In this document: in pieces, positions 55,201 through 64,000 of the stretch
Position numbering within the stretch: position 1 is the first letter of the stretch
Layout: every line of letters starts with the position of its first letter
Assembly: GCA_951406725.2 (NCBI GenBank)
Contig: OX597815.1
Span: 15,934,001-15,998,000, forward strand
From: Octopus vulgaris
Lineage: Eukaryota
Reading direction: 5' to 3'
DNA: 64,000 nucleotides
Position numbers and translations under genes: made by a program
Notes under the pieces: generated by a model
Told to the model about the DNA's origin: nothing
Seen by the model: the letters and a program-made list of their open reading frames with translations, nothing else
Database searches by the model: none

Positions 55201-58200
55201 CTTAGTTGCTGTGTGCAACCCCCCCCCCTTGCTTTTAGTCTAATGATACCTTTCTATTCTTTCGTTTTTATTTGGAATTACTTCCTTCCTAGGTAAGCTG
55301 CTTGTACAGCAGGAAGATGCACAATTTCCATTAGAAAAAGTATTCAAATTGATGCTTCTATCTCTTCCATTGTATAGTTTTCTATAATTAAATCACCTAT
55401 ATAGTACCTAAATTACCAATTGGGAATTTCAGCCCGTTATACATTTCTTGGCCATACCTTGATGATTTCTCAAATATCTGCACTGTATTGGATATTTGGT
55501 TGACTGTGTTCAGTGAAAACCACACTGTGTGTCAGCTAGCTTGGACTTGACAATAGCCCTACATCTCTTTGCCATACACCCAATATAGACTTTACCACAG
55601 TGGCTTAAGAAGTAGATTTCTCTATGATTATAGCAATCTCCTTTTCATTTTTGAGAATTGGAATTATCATTCCCAATTTCCACTACTTAGGTGTCTTTCC
55701 TGAGATCCAGGCCACCTGGTACATGCAAGTCAGGCAGAAAATAGTTTCACTATTAAAACTGAAAATATTATCTCGCATTACAATAGAGATATTATTTCAC
55801 TTTTGACATGTAATAGTGTAAGAGATGAGAGATTGTTCCGGCTCGCATTAGGCAAGAAGTTGAACATTTTTGGGGGCCATGATACTGCTTGGACCCTAAG
55901 TAAGGCATGTGTAAAATTGAATGGGTAGTTCTCAAGTTATATAGTGATGCACACATACAGACATATTCTCAGTTATATATGTATGTGTGTGTGTATATAT
56001 ATATATGGCCGTTTGCCAGCCACGTTTGGCACCTGTGCCGGTGGCACGTAAAAAGCACCCACTACACTCACGGAGTGGTTGGTGTTAGGAAGGACATCCA
56101 GCTGTAGAAACACTGCCAGATCAGACTGGGCCTGGTGCGGCCTTCTGGCTTCCCGGACCCCAGTTGAACCGTCCAACCCATGCCAGCATGGAAAGCGGAC
56201 GTTAAACGATGATGATGATATATATACACACACACACACACACACATACATAAGAATTGTCAAGCCAAGTGAAGTCGTCGTTGCTGGTGTCGTGTGCACC
56301 CATTACACTCTTGAAGTGGCTGGCGTTAGGACAGGTATCCAGCCGTAAAAACCTTGCCAAATCAAATCAGAACCTGATGTAGCTCTCCAGTTTACCAGAT
56401 CCAGCATGGAAAGTGAATGTTAAATAATAACATCCATGCACACGCAACATTACTTTGGACTATCTTTTCAACTCCTCTGTTTATTAGGCTTTTTTGTCCT
56501 GAATGGGAATGAAAGTAATTATGTATAAATTCTTTAACTTTCTGCACATTGTTTAAATTATTATGAGGTAAAGTATTGGGGTTTTTTATTATTTATTAAA
56601 ATTTTACTAAGAGTTCATTAACCCCACATGCATTTTAGTAGTGCCAATCGAATCAATATTTCCATAATATATTTCACGGGTTTACATGTAAAATATATGT
56701 AAGATATTGTAGAGATGTGTTGTTAAACTTTTGGTAATTATTTCACTAACAATGAGATAACAATCTCATATTCCATATCAGACTTTCTATATATTTTGGT
56801 TTACATTGATCTTCAAATGTTGCAATATGACCAAAATCTTTTAAAAGTTGCTTTTTCAGAATTTCTATTACTACTCACCCAATAAACACCTAGTCTGTTT
56901 TAATAGGATTTATTTTATGCCATATTTTACTATATATGTGACAGAATTTGTGTTAATGTGGGAAGATAATAACAGCACTTTTCTGAAAGTAGTTTTATCA
57001 ACTTTTACTTGGGGGCGTGGTGGATGTAATAAGTATTAGATTGAAATAAGTATTGGGTTGATATGATTAAATAAACCCTTGACGGTATTGCTTCATTCCA
57101 ATGGTTGAAGCTAGTAAATGGAAGATTAGGGGTTTGGATGAATCTGTTAGTAAAATGTTTAATCAATCTGCTGATTTTTTTTTTCTCTCTCTTTTTTCCT
57201 CTCTAGTTTCCTGTTCCAAGACCTGCTGTGGGTATTGTGATAGGAAAGGGTGGGGAGACTATAAAACGTGTACAAAATGAGACTGGTGTGCGATTGCAAT
57301 TTAAAGCAGGTATGTTTTCACTTTTTTGTGTGTGTGTTAAGTCTAAAAATTAGTTTTCTATATAAATTCATACTTTGGTTATGCATTTTATGGTATTAGG
57401 CCAAAGGTGTATGCTCATGACTTTCACGGAGACCTATGATATCTTAATAGTTGATGGTCAATGGGTGGGCCTGGTTAGAGATGGTAATTGTGTAATGTAG
57501 TCCCTCCCTCCCCTTGTTTTAGTTGGTTATGTAACTATTAAAAGGTGGAATAGTTGTGTCCATTGAAAGTTGCTGAATGCTTATTTTTCTGTAGAAAAAC
57601 ATCAGGCTAGTTCTCATTTTAACTTGTAGACATTACAGTACAAATCTTATAAATAGAACGTATGTCATTTTACTCTGTATCCAAAAGTACTGTTAAAACT
57701 GAATATTATGCTTACTTTGAATACACTCGCATAGTTCTCTGAAAGCAATAGATAATAACCTTATTGTATAAACATTTTTTAAATTTCTGTAGATGATGGT
57801 GCATCTCCTGAGAGGTTACTGACTATAATGGGTCCTCCGGATAAAGTTCAACAGGCTGCAAGTATGATCAGTGAAATACTAGGAAATGCAAATGTAAGGC
57901 TTAAAATGATTTTTAAAATTTTATCCCATTGGTAATGTGTATTTCAAAAAAGAGTTGTCACTTAAAGTTTTAAGGAAATTTGTTACCTCCAGAACCCCCC
58001 CTCAAACAGGAGTAAATTTTTTCTTGAAGGATTCCCACACCTTACATTTGTAAGGCTTCTTGATCTTGTACATAGTACTTTACACAAAGTAAATTATTGA
58101 AAGGTTTCCGGCCACAGGAGCCACACCAGATGAGACACTGGAGTACAATACAGTCCTATATGTTAGCATATAACATGAACTTAGATGGTGATTATAGTCT

Positions 58201-61200
58201 GTTACATGCTGCTTCAAATGACTTAAGTTTGTTAGTCTACTAATCAATATACTCATACTCTAATAGTTTAATTTTCATATTTTCACTAGCCAATCTTTTG
58301 TGTTTCAATCACTAGACTGTGGCCATGCTAGGCCACTGCCTTAAAGGGTTTAGTCAAGCATCAACCCAAATACTTATTTAAGTCTGGTACTTATTCTATC
58401 AGTCTCTTTTGTCAAACAAAGCTATAGTGACATATAACCCAACACCAGCTGTCAAGTAGTGATCACACACATATGTACGTATAGGCACAAGTGTGGGGCT
58501 ATGGTTAAAAAGCTTGTTTCTCTTGGGCAAGCATCTTCTATTGTCCAGATCAGGGTGTTGTGAGTAGATTTGGTAAATGGAACCTGAAAGAAACCTGTTT
58601 GTGTTCCTTTGTCATGGTATCGTATGTAAATAAGCATCACTGTTGGAGAAGTGTTGTTTATTGTCGGTCTTCCATGAAAAACGTGTCTGACTGTGTGGAG
58701 TATTACCTGGTAGCAGGTGAGGGTTGGCATCAAGAAGTAGCAAATCTGCCTCAACAAATTCCATGCAAGCAGGGAAATGTAGACATTAAATGATATATAG
58801 TGGAACATTTGTAAACCAAAACTGTTTATTCCATTGGAAATTCAAGCAGGGTTTTGTACTTAGTAAAAGCAAGACAGCAAATGATACTCCCAGCTTGTCA
58901 CCAACCATTGTTCCTGGTTTGCATTAACTCTATCACCTGAGAAAAAATTGTTCATAAACTAAGGTTTGTTTGTGTGCGCACACACTAACCTATAGAGGTT
59001 CCTGACAGTTTTTGTCTGCCAGAATCACTCAAAGCGTTAGTTGACTTGGATCTATTGTAGAAGATACTTGTCCAAGATGCCACACAATGAGACTGAACCC
59101 CAAACCGCATGGCTGCAAAACAGGTTTCCTAACCACACATCCATGATTAAAAGTTCAGAATGATAATTTTATCTAACTCCTTAATAAGTTTCCAATTAAA
59201 TTGTTACTGCAATTTCAATGAAAAATATAAGGTAATATTAGATAAAATCTTCTAGAATTTTGAAAGTAATTGAGAATTGTGGCTGATTTTTCTTTATTAA
59301 TTTTTTTTTTTTTTGTTACTAAATCTTTTTTTTATTAGACTGATGCTTAATATATGGCTTAGTTGATTCTTAAGATTTTTTAATGTTATTTAATTCCCAG
59401 TGCGCTATAATGGGGTTTTATATCATGAATTTGGAAGCAGCCTTGATGGTTGGTGTCAGGTTTGATTGAATTATTTTGTAGTAAATGAGAGGATTGTATA
59501 TTTTAGCAACATCAAGAAAAATGTTGCTGGCTGGCTTCGTTATTTTGTTGGAGACAAATTTGATTCAGTTTGTCTTATAACATTCTGTCCCATTGATTAA
59601 TTTTATAAATCTAATATTGTTGTGGAATTGATTTTCTATTGCACCATGTTATGTAACATAACTAGCATGAATATAATTGCTTGGTAATTAACTTTTTTTT
59701 ACTTGATTATTATACTTTTCAGCAACAAGGCGGTATTGGTCGTGGCTTTCCTATGGGCCGAGGTAGAGGTCGTGGTAGAGGTGGTGGCCCTTTTAATAAC
59801 ATGACTGGTCCTCCTGGTCCAAATGGTCCTGGCGGTAGAGGAATGGGACGTGGCTTTGATCCAAATTTTCAAGATGAAACTACTTATGCTGTGCCTGCTG
59901 ACAAATGTGGTTTAGTAATTGGCAAAGGTAATATCCATTACTAAGATGTGATTAATAAAATCCTTTTTCGATATCTTGTGTAATTCGTTTTCCTAACTAA
60001 TTTTGTTACACTTGGTTTTAGGTGGAGAAACAATCCGAGAAATTATACGACAGTCTGGTGCTCATGTTGAGCTTCAGCGGCAACCTCCACCAAATCCCAA
60101 TGAAAAGATCTTTAATGTCAGAGGTAGTCCACAACAAATCCAGCATGCTATACAAATGATATGTGAAAAAGCAGGTTTGGTAAGTTGCAGATATATATAT
60201 ATATGTTGTTTTTTTTCACTTTGTGATATTAATATTTTAGTTTTTATTTAATTTGTAAAATTTGTTTCTCTTTTAGCAACCACCACCACCAGGTCCTAAT
60301 GGACCAGCTGGACCTGGAGCACCAGGTGCACCTGGAGCTCCTCCAGCACCTGGGAGTGCTGGTCCCCATGGTGCTCCTGGGGCTCCTTCTGGACCTAATG
60401 CACCAGGTGTACCTCCAGCTGGGGCAGGGTATGATCAGTATGGACAATATGCTCAACCAAGGTATGTAGTCTTTTTATTTCCATTTGATGTCTTTAAAGA
60501 CTTCAAGTTTGGGTTATGTGTAAAAATCTATGTTTCTTTTTCCATCCATGTATCATTACAGCCAGCAAGCACCAGCTGGCCAGCAGCCATATGGAGGTCA
60601 AGCATGGGGAGCAGCATATCAACAAGGTTATCCACAACAGCAGCAACAACAAGCTGATCCAAGTAAATTTTTTTATTTCACACTTTTACACAGCACCAAG
60701 GGCAAAATTAATGTGTAGGCAATGTCATTATTAGCAATTAAAGTTGTAATATTTTTTTGGGGGGGTGGGGTGGAATTTGGGGTTTTAACAAACATGTACA
60801 TATTGTGGTTTTTATAGTCAAGGAGTTTATTTCGCAAACATGATTTCTGCTTAGTTCCTATATGACACCTTATGCAAATGACTTCAATTATACTTTGACT
60901 GTTATTTTAAGAAAATATATAGATAAAAGAGATAGAGAATGCTAAAGCATGTCATTTGTATGTTGTCGGTGTTCATTCACGCAATTTAAAAGCTTGTGCT
61001 GTTTATATCTTGTGAAATAGGGCATACTAGGACTATGACCCGGCGTTACCGGGTCATACTGCTGCTAGTGCATGCATATACAGCTGCGTGCGTGTGCATT
61101 TACACGCGAGTACTGTCCCAATTTCCAACCAATCACATACAGCTAGCAGGCATTCAATTGGCGTGTCAAGTTTCGGGCATTTTGATTGGGTTTTGGATAG

Positions 61201-62504
61201 AAAATTCACAAAAAAGTCACTTCTATTGATTTTTTTTACTGGCTTTGCTGGGTGACTGGGGAAATGTAAAGATGTGCACGACCATCCTTGGATGGTTTTG
61301 AATGACCATAGAAAGTGCGAGCCCTCTAACTGAAAAGTTGTGGATTTGTATAAAGGGCACGCACACATTTCCGTTTATTTATATATATATATATAGAGAG
61401 AGAGATAATAAACTAAACAACAATAAAATAGGTACTAAACTGAAATACTAGTCCTTTTGCATTAGCATTACCATGATAGTATGGGTTGGACAAAATTTGC
61501 TGCTGCGTCTGCTGGGGTGCAACTTGTTGCTGAGGCTGTTGCTGTGGTTGAGCTACATACTTGTATGTCATCATCTAACAAAGTAAGTGCGAATGTCAAT
61601 GTCACACTTTGTCAACTTTCCCCTTAGAGGCTGTTGCCCAACATATAATACCGTTTGGATATTTGTGAGTAAATTACAAACATTCCTGGCTGAATCTGAC
61701 CGTGCAATCCTGAAATTCTGGATTCCCAAGTTTTCGCAACTGCAATTGCTTTCGGCAATTGAGATTAATTGCGAAACCCCGCTTTTTCTTTTTCTTTTTT
61801 CTTTTTTTTTTTCCTGCTACAGATATGATCGTCACTGGGGTATGACTCTGGATTAAAAGCTGCTCTATTGGGCGACTTTTAAACTAGTTGTACTGCATTT
61901 GTATTAACCTTGGTAGCTGGGTTGTGCCTGTGACCTTCGCATACGCTCACAGACCAGTAAGCTCAGTATGGTTATTGTTCTTCAAATGCCAAGTCAATGG
62001 TTATTTAGGAATGGGCAAAGGTATAGGTTATATGAGAAAGGGAGTACAAGTGAGTGGAAGTACCTCAATTAGAATCGTTTGCAAACTAAAATTCTCTGGA
62101 TTTACATAGGAATTTTTAATTGTTCCCATTGCAAGTCTATTTTTAGATAACTTCTGATTCTCAGGTTGATTCAAGCTTCTTACCTTACATTCAATATATA
62201 GTATCTTTTCCAGATAAACAGGCTCAAGATGCTAATGCAGCCGCATGGGCTGCTTATTATGCTCAGTATTATGCACAGTATGGTCAATATGGTCAGTACC
62301 AGGCCCAGCAAGGAGGCCAAGGGGCCCCTCAACAGCCAGGCCAACCAACTGGCCCAGGAGCACCCCAACAACCCCAGTTACAGCAGCCACCTCAACAGCA
62401 GCCCCAACAACAACAACCCCAACAGCAACAGCCTCAGCAACAAGTTGCACCCCAGCAGACGCAGCAGCAAGCTGCACAACAACCCCAGCAACAGCAGCAG
62501 CCTG
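15693..62504 (+). CDS. FUBP1: Far upstream element-binding protein (FUBP1/KHSRP/FUBP3-Psi family) gene; 18 coding exons in window, 3' end beyond window
   Basis: Hand-spliced exons join into one open frame of 2089 nt with GT-AG introns and matching phases. Protein has N-box [23 protein letters not shown], four KH domains ([36 protein letters not shown]) and the AWAAYYAQ motif. Probably a single invertebrate co-ortholog of FUBP1/2/3, so the symbol is family-level. Confidence 0.95.
16254..16570. repeat. Compound (TA)/(CA) microsatellite
   Basis: Direct inspection; produces the YIHT-repeat ORFs. Confidence 0.92.
17200..17591. mobile_element. Merlin-type non-autonomous DNA transposon with an internal tandem duplication
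   Basis: GGTAC termini (GGNRM), long TIRs GGTAC(T/C)ACTAGCGAACAGTGGTCCCGGTGCGCGC, 8-bp TSD aaacaatt / aaacagtt, internal ggttagggtta. Confidence 0.8.
20648..20902. repeat. ~255-bp near-perfect palindrome (fold-back element) in FUBP intron 1
   Basis: ttctcttttggtgccttataatttaacacactcaccggtaaaattt pairs with aaattttaccggtgagtgtgttaaattataaggcaccaaaagagaa; tiny loop near 20775. Confidence 0.9.
21390..22420. repeat. Complex DNA-transposon-derived inverted-repeat cluster
   Basis: ~21810-22057 is an imperfect inverted repeat of ~22139-22360; motif taatgcagtttcgc(c)acctctc occurs at ~21397 and ~21477 and inverted at ~22100-22127. Confidence 0.75.
23709..23929. mobile_element. TTAA-flanked piggyBac-type MITE in FUBP intron 1
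   Basis: Near-identical to 2621-2841, with TTAA on both sides. Confidence 0.88.
25083..25158 (+). CDS. FUBP1: FUBP exon 2 [25 protein letters not shown]
   Basis: Acceptor ttcctcAG, donor G|GTAAGT, ends in phase 1; IAAKI and KRP.EDG are family motifs. Confidence 0.93.
29880..30620 (-). mobile_element. RTE-clade LINE relic (RT C-terminus and Cys-rich domain)
   Basis: Minus-strand fragments YAND (YADD), NLESKGL..VNIAKT and [15 protein letters not shown]. Confidence 0.7.
32270..33440 (-). mobile_element. Degenerate Tc1/mariner-superfamily (maT/rosa-like) transposon relic
   Basis: Minus ORF 32432..32740 has FQQARVTAH (FQQDGATAH) and [16 protein letters not shown] (SPDLTP.DFFLWGYLK); weak degenerate TIR-like ends. 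Confidence 0.7.
34601..34642 (+). CDS. FUBP1: FUBP exon 3 (G)[13 protein letters not shown]
   Basis: tttctttcAG acceptor, C|GTAAGT donor, 42 nt keeps phase 1; PD.KK resembles FUBP1 PDAKK. Confidence 0.88.
35190..35405. mobile_element. Diverged partial copy of the TTAA MITE family
   Basis: aatttagtaaaataact core and right end ggttggtatcagaagggTTAA. Confidence 0.6.
36167..36206 (+). CDS. FUBP1: FUBP exon 4 (P)[12 protein letters not shown](R)
   Basis: ttgcAG acceptor after a pyrimidine tract, AG|GTAAGA donor, phase 1 to 2. Confidence 0.88.
36444..36628 (+). CDS. FUBP1: FUBP exon 5, start of KH1 (...[12 protein letters not shown])
   Basis: ttttctAG acceptor, A|GTAAGT donor, phase 2 to 1; EEYKVPD matches the FUBP1 KH1 start. 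Confidence 0.93.
41564..41635 (+). CDS. FUBP1: FUBP exon 6, KH1 core [24 protein letters not shown]
   Basis: tttttttAG acceptor, CAG|GTAGGT donor, GxxG loop. Confidence 0.95.
45500..46700 (+). mobile_element. Highly decayed CR1/L2/Jockey-type LINE RT relic, interrupted at ~45997-46246
   Basis: Fragments [18 protein letters not shown]-like, SYHPISL and, after the insertion, a QYGF-like TATGGCTTT. Confidence 0.6.
49826..49883 (+). CDS. FUBP1: FUBP exon 7 [19 protein letters not shown](S)
   Basis: ttttcAG acceptor, AG|GTATCT donor; resembles FUBP1 DSGGLPERSC.LTG. Confidence 0.93.
50117..50399. repeat. Tandem duplication (133-bp and ~150-bp units) in intron 7
   Basis: atcccggtatcatttcttg...ctatcctcttttgttca occurs twice; the copies differ by a ~17-bp indel and a few substitutions. 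Confidence 0.92.
51378..51546 (+). CDS. FUBP1: FUBP exon 8, KH1 end and KH2 start (...[25 protein letters not shown])
   Basis: tatttAG acceptor, CAA|GTAAGT donor, phase 2 to 0. Confidence 0.95.
51920..52270 (+). mobile_element. tRNA-derived SINE in intron 8
   Basis: Similar to 11375-11830. Confidence 0.8.
52545..53562 (-). mobile_element. 5'-truncated CR1-like LINE (reverse transcriptase relic)
   Basis: [54 protein letters not shown] (ORFs 53278..53562 and 53046..53237). Confidence 0.9.
54202..54300 (+). CDS. FUBP1: FUBP exon 9 [33 protein letters not shown]
   Basis: ttacAG acceptor, GGG|GTAAGT donor; VKMVMIQD and DKPLRITG are KH2 motifs of the family. Confidence 0.95.
54422..54472 (+). 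CDS. FUBP1: FUBP exon 10 [17 protein letters not shown]
   Basis: ttttAG acceptor, ATG|GTAAGT donor, phase 0/0. Confidence 0.9.
54862..54963 (+). CDS. FUBP1: FUBP exon 11, Gly-rich KH2-KH3 linker [34 protein letters not shown]
   Basis: ttgtAG acceptor, GAC|GTAAGT donor; NEYGS resembles FUBP1. Confidence 0.9.
56007..56430 (+). mobile_element. (GAT)n-tailed SINE (56007-56219) plus a second degenerate copy
   Basis: Same family; further degenerate copies at ~34050-34212 and ~50880-51050. Confidence 0.8.
57207..57309 (+). CDS. FUBP1: FUBP exon 12, KH3 [34 protein letters not shown]
   Basis: Long pyrimidine tract plus ctAG, CAG|GTATGT donor. Confidence 0.95.
57793..57893 (+). CDS. FUBP1: FUBP exon 13, KH3 end [34 protein letters not shown]
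   Basis: ctgtAG acceptor, AAT|GTAAGG donor; DDG..PER and GPPD are conserved. Confidence 0.94.
58300..59145. mobile_element. Degenerate SINE fragments in both orientations in intron 13
   Basis: Minus body ~58300-58460, plus head/body ~58480-58800, minus head ~59000-59145. Confidence 0.65.
59723..59927 (+). CDS. FUBP1: FUBP exon 14, RG-rich linker and KH4 start (...[14 protein letters not shown])
   Basis: ttttcAG acceptor, AAG|GTAATA donor; lies in ORF 59681..59944. Confidence 0.95.
60022..60179 (+). CDS. FUBP1: FUBP exon 15, KH4 core [53 protein letters not shown]
   Basis: ttttAG acceptor, TTG|GTAAGT donor. Confidence 0.95.
60277..60461 (+). CDS. FUBP1: FUBP exon 16, Pro/Gly/Ala-rich ([20 protein letters not shown]...[10 protein letters not shown])
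   Basis: ctcttttAG acceptor, AAG|GTATGT donor, phase 0 to 2. Confidence 0.92.
60562..60662 (+). CDS. FUBP1: FUBP exon 17 [34 protein letters not shown]
   Basis: ttacAG acceptor, A|GTAAAT donor, phase 2 to 1; WG.AY resembles FUBP1. Confidence 0.9.
61027..61405 (-). mobile_element. Non-autonomous Helitron (~380 bp)
   Basis: On the minus strand: 5' TC start followed by (TC)n(TA)n, 3' CTAG end, subterminal hairpin TATGACCCGG-taacg-CCGGGTCATA, insertion between A and T, no TSD. Confidence 0.85.
61497..61545 (-). repeat. 49-nt perfect inverted copy of FUBP exon 18 coding sequence (62422-62470)
   Basis: ttgctgctgcgtctgctggggtgcaacttgttgctgaggctgttgctgt is the exact reverse complement of 62422-62470, checked base by base. 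Confidence 0.97.
62214..62504 (+). CDS. FUBP1: FUBP exon 18 [26 protein letters not shown]... plus Gln/Pro-rich tract
   Basis: ttttccAG acceptor, CTG|GTGAGT donor; AWAAYYA is the DUF1897 (Tyr-rich A/B box) motif. Confidence 0.94.
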
Positions 62505-63049
62505 GTGAGTGATAATTGGAAATATTTTAATGTTTCAGAGTGTTTGTATTCACAATCTGAATATAGAGGTTCATTTTTCAACATGTAATAGATTTAAAAT
62601 ATATGTTTCTATTGACCTTCAAACATAAAAACAGTGAAATTAAAAATATAGATATGGTTTATATTTTCAGCATCAACTTAGTTTTGGAAGCTTGGTATTT
62701 ACCTTTAATATTCATGTATGGGAGGGAAAAATGTCTTTGCAGCTGTGTTGCTAATACCTTTTCTTCTAATCTATATTTTGTCTGACTAATAACTTTTGCT
62801 TGTTCATTAGTCAACTCTCAACCAATATTTATGAAGCTGTTCAGCCTTTGATGTCACATTGTGTACTTGCTAAATTGGTAAAGTGGTTAGCCTTGTACTG
62901 GCTTCTTCTGCTCAATGATGGGTTCTGGTTATGTAACTTTGTTGGCATTAAGGCTTGGTTGATTGTGTTGGACTACTGGATGTTAATAGTAAAGTGGAAT
63001 TTTGTGTGGCTGTACTACCAACAACATTCTCCAGATTCTCCATACAATG

Positions 63050-64000
63050 AAGATAAGAGCGCTCTTCTAAAGCATATCTCTCACTAACATATGTTCTTAG
63101 TCTTAGCTTCAAAGTGCAACATCATAAATATGTGAGTATGAGGTCTACTCTATGCAGATGGATAAGATAAGAGTAATCTTGGTGGTAGCATAACCCAAGC
63201 TTTCATACCATTGTGTAGATACTTAGTTGTTCAAGTGAACTTTCTCAAGCTTTAAGCCCAACTGAATTACTATGTTGAATGCCTTCGTGAGATCAACAAA
63301 GAGATCACATAAAGTGTCTTGCGTTATTCCACATTTGTCATGGACCAAATACCATATTCATGGTGTTTCTCTTCTGGACTCGCATCGAGTTACAGAACTA
63401 TCATGATTTTTTTTCTTTCTCAGACTGTTGAGCAACAGTCCTGCAAGAGCAAGTAAAGAAGTTCCTTAATTTTCTGTAGTGATTCTCATCAGCTTTCTTA
63501 AATGTGGAGGCAATGATAAAATCCCTCCAGTTCTGTGGGACATTTCCACCTACTGACGCTAGAGTCAAGGAACTGGTAAGCTCCTCCATTTTCCCATGCT
63601 TTTGCTGGGATATCATTTATTCCTGGTTCTTTACTAAGACTAACACCTCTTCTGTACTTGGATCATTTCAGTGTGTTACGTTTTTCCAGAATTTCCCTGT
63701 TGGCATACTTTGCATTGAGCATTTCGGTGGAAGTACTCTTCAAAATAGTCGAGTATTTCTCCTTTTTCCAGAACATTGTTGGTTCATTGGCAGTCCATAT
63801 ACAAAATCTGTCTGACGTAGCAATTGTGCATATCATTGAAGTAAACAGCAGTTTGCAACCTGTTGGCTTTGTTTTCCCATCATCCCTACTTGATCTTGTA
63901 AAACGTATGATTACAATGTCCTGGTTTCTCTGAGTTTTAGCACAGTTTGAACAAATGTTGGGGGTTTGACTGCATTGCTGTTTGAGTGAGACAAGGGGAA
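63050..64000 (-). mobile_element. RTE-clade LINE relic
   Basis: Minus strand VPQNWRDFIIASTFKKAD (VPQD.RDA.I...KKGD) and FVDLTKAF at ~63278-63300. Boundaries approximate. Confidence 0.7.

Noticed and set aside
61459-61469. 11-nt complement (tgcattagcat) to exon 18 positions ~62229-62239
   Set aside because: Too short to exclude chance, and its geometry does not extend the 49-bp stem.
62229-62588. Four overlapping ORFs across exon 18
   Set aside because: None is the true frame. They are shadow frames of the CAG/CAA-rich exon; the real frame is set by splicing from exon 17.

Overview
AT-rich, repeat-rich animal genomic DNA. The (GAT)n-tailed and tRNA-head SINEs, RTE/CR1 LINE relics and TA/CA microsatellites suggest an octopus-type coleoid cephalopod; this is inferred from the repeat landscape, not proven. 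The main feature is a + strand spliced gene for a far-upstream-element-binding protein (FUBP1/KHSRP/FUBP3, Drosophila Psi family). I rebuilt 18 coding exons by hand from ATG 15693 to 62504. All have GT-AG boundaries and consistent phases and give 696 codons plus 1 nt: N-box, four KH domains with GKGG loops, an RG-rich linker, a Pro/Gly region, an AWAAYYAQ motif and a Gln-rich tail. The gene continues past the window. Other content: mariner and maT-like transposase relics, R4/Dong, RTE and CR1 LINE relics, TTAA (piggyBac-type), hAT and Merlin-type MITEs, a non-autonomous Helitron, several fold-back hairpins and many SINEs. The most striking observation is a perfect 49-nt reverse-complement copy of exon 18 coding sequence in intron 17 (61497-61545 vs 62422-62470). 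It could pair with the poly-Gln exon in the pre-mRNA like an ADAR editing-site complementary sequence (Q-to-R recoding) and/or control splicing. Most ORFs in the supplied track are spurious.
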